A stretch of 64,000 bases of DNA from the NCBI GenBank assembly GCA_038999725.1, contig JAWBWS010000004.1:717-64716 (forward strand), in the 5' to 3' direction. This DNA comes from Candidatus Aenigmatarchaeota archaeon. GTDB lineage: Archaea; Aenigmatarchaeota; Aenigmatarchaeia; CG10238-14; SCSR01. Below, piece after piece: positions 63,835 through 64,000 of the stretch. A model generated the notes under the pieces. The model was not told the DNA's origin. It ran no database searches and saw only the letters and a list, made by a program, of their open reading frames with translations. The stretch's first letter is position 1, and the number at the start of each line of letters is the position of its first letter. The translations under genes and the position numbers were made by a program.

Positions 63835-64000
63835 ATTCTGGTTGATCCCGCCAGAGGCCACTGCTATCCGGCTTCTACTAAGCCATGCGAGTCGAGAGGG
63901 GAAAGCCCTCGGCGCACTGCTCCGTAATATGCAGTCAACCTACCCTTAGCTGGGGGATAATCTCGGGAAACTGAGGCTAATACCCCATAGGTGCTTGGTA
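63835..64000 (+). rRNA. rrs: 16S rRNA, 5' end (partial; continues beyond window)
   Basis: ATTCTGGTTGATCCCGCCAGAGGCCACTGCTATCCGGCTTCTACTAAGCCATGCGAGTCGAGAGGG matches the universal archaeal 16S 5' terminus. Downstream, ...CTCCGTAATATGCAG... diverges from the usual CTCAGTAACACGTGG. Confidence 0.9.

Overview
AT-rich archaeal chromosomal segment. Archaeal assignment rests on the bacterial/archaeal-type 16S 5' end at 63835 (ATTCTGGTTGATCCCGCCAGAGGCCACTGC..., itself divergent), archaeal-type GAPDH, PGK, TIM and AdkA, RpoN/RpoK, and intron-containing tRNAs. Lysine- and glutamate-rich proteins and fast-evolving core genes suggest a DPANN-like or similarly streamlined lineage.

The window is mostly housekeeping, but its organisation is unusual in several places:
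- The conserved L18e–L13–S9–RpoN–RpoK cluster is split by a ~17 kb glycolysis and glycogen island. The island carries TIM, GAPDH, PGK, a PfkB kinase plus LacD-type aldolase, cupin-type PGI, two GH57 enzymes, a debranching enzyme, a GlgA-like synthase, two GT4 glycosyltransferases, a second PfkB kinase, and a MinD-like ATPase.
- Directly after rpoK sits a co-directional pair: a divergent, probably catalytically degenerate family-B DNA polymerase homolog and a divergent AEP primase-polymerase-like protein. A 670-aa protein of unknown function is transcribed divergently from them. This is the best candidate for an undescribed module.
- At the window start there is a membrane-anchored winged-helix transcription-factor-like protein whose extracellular part carries a Hint (intein/hedgehog-like) domain.

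Other features:
- four tRNAs: Ser(CGA) with a very long variable arm; one with a ~110-nt insertion at the T-loop; Met/Ile2(CAT) with a canonical 37/38 intron; a probable His with extra segments in both the anticodon and variable regions
- a three-gene DNA-repair cluster made of a split Hef (helicase plus separate XPF nuclease) and an RNase-H-fold protein
- a small exosortase/archaeosortase-like protein
- an iscS–iscU operon preceded by a small HTH regulator
- an ABC exporter with an embedded surface protein
- two decayed genes (a DUF134 remnant and a trxB-like remnant), each with a frameshift inside an A7 homopolymer
- a UDP-sugar precursor cluster (glmS, two PMM/PGM paralogs, GlmU-like transferase, HAD hydrolase, HTH regulator)
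- deoxyhypusine synthase and a Dph6-like ligase
- tandem bacterial-type and archaeal-type adenylate kinases
- ThiI

No CRISPR array, integrase or transposase was seen.
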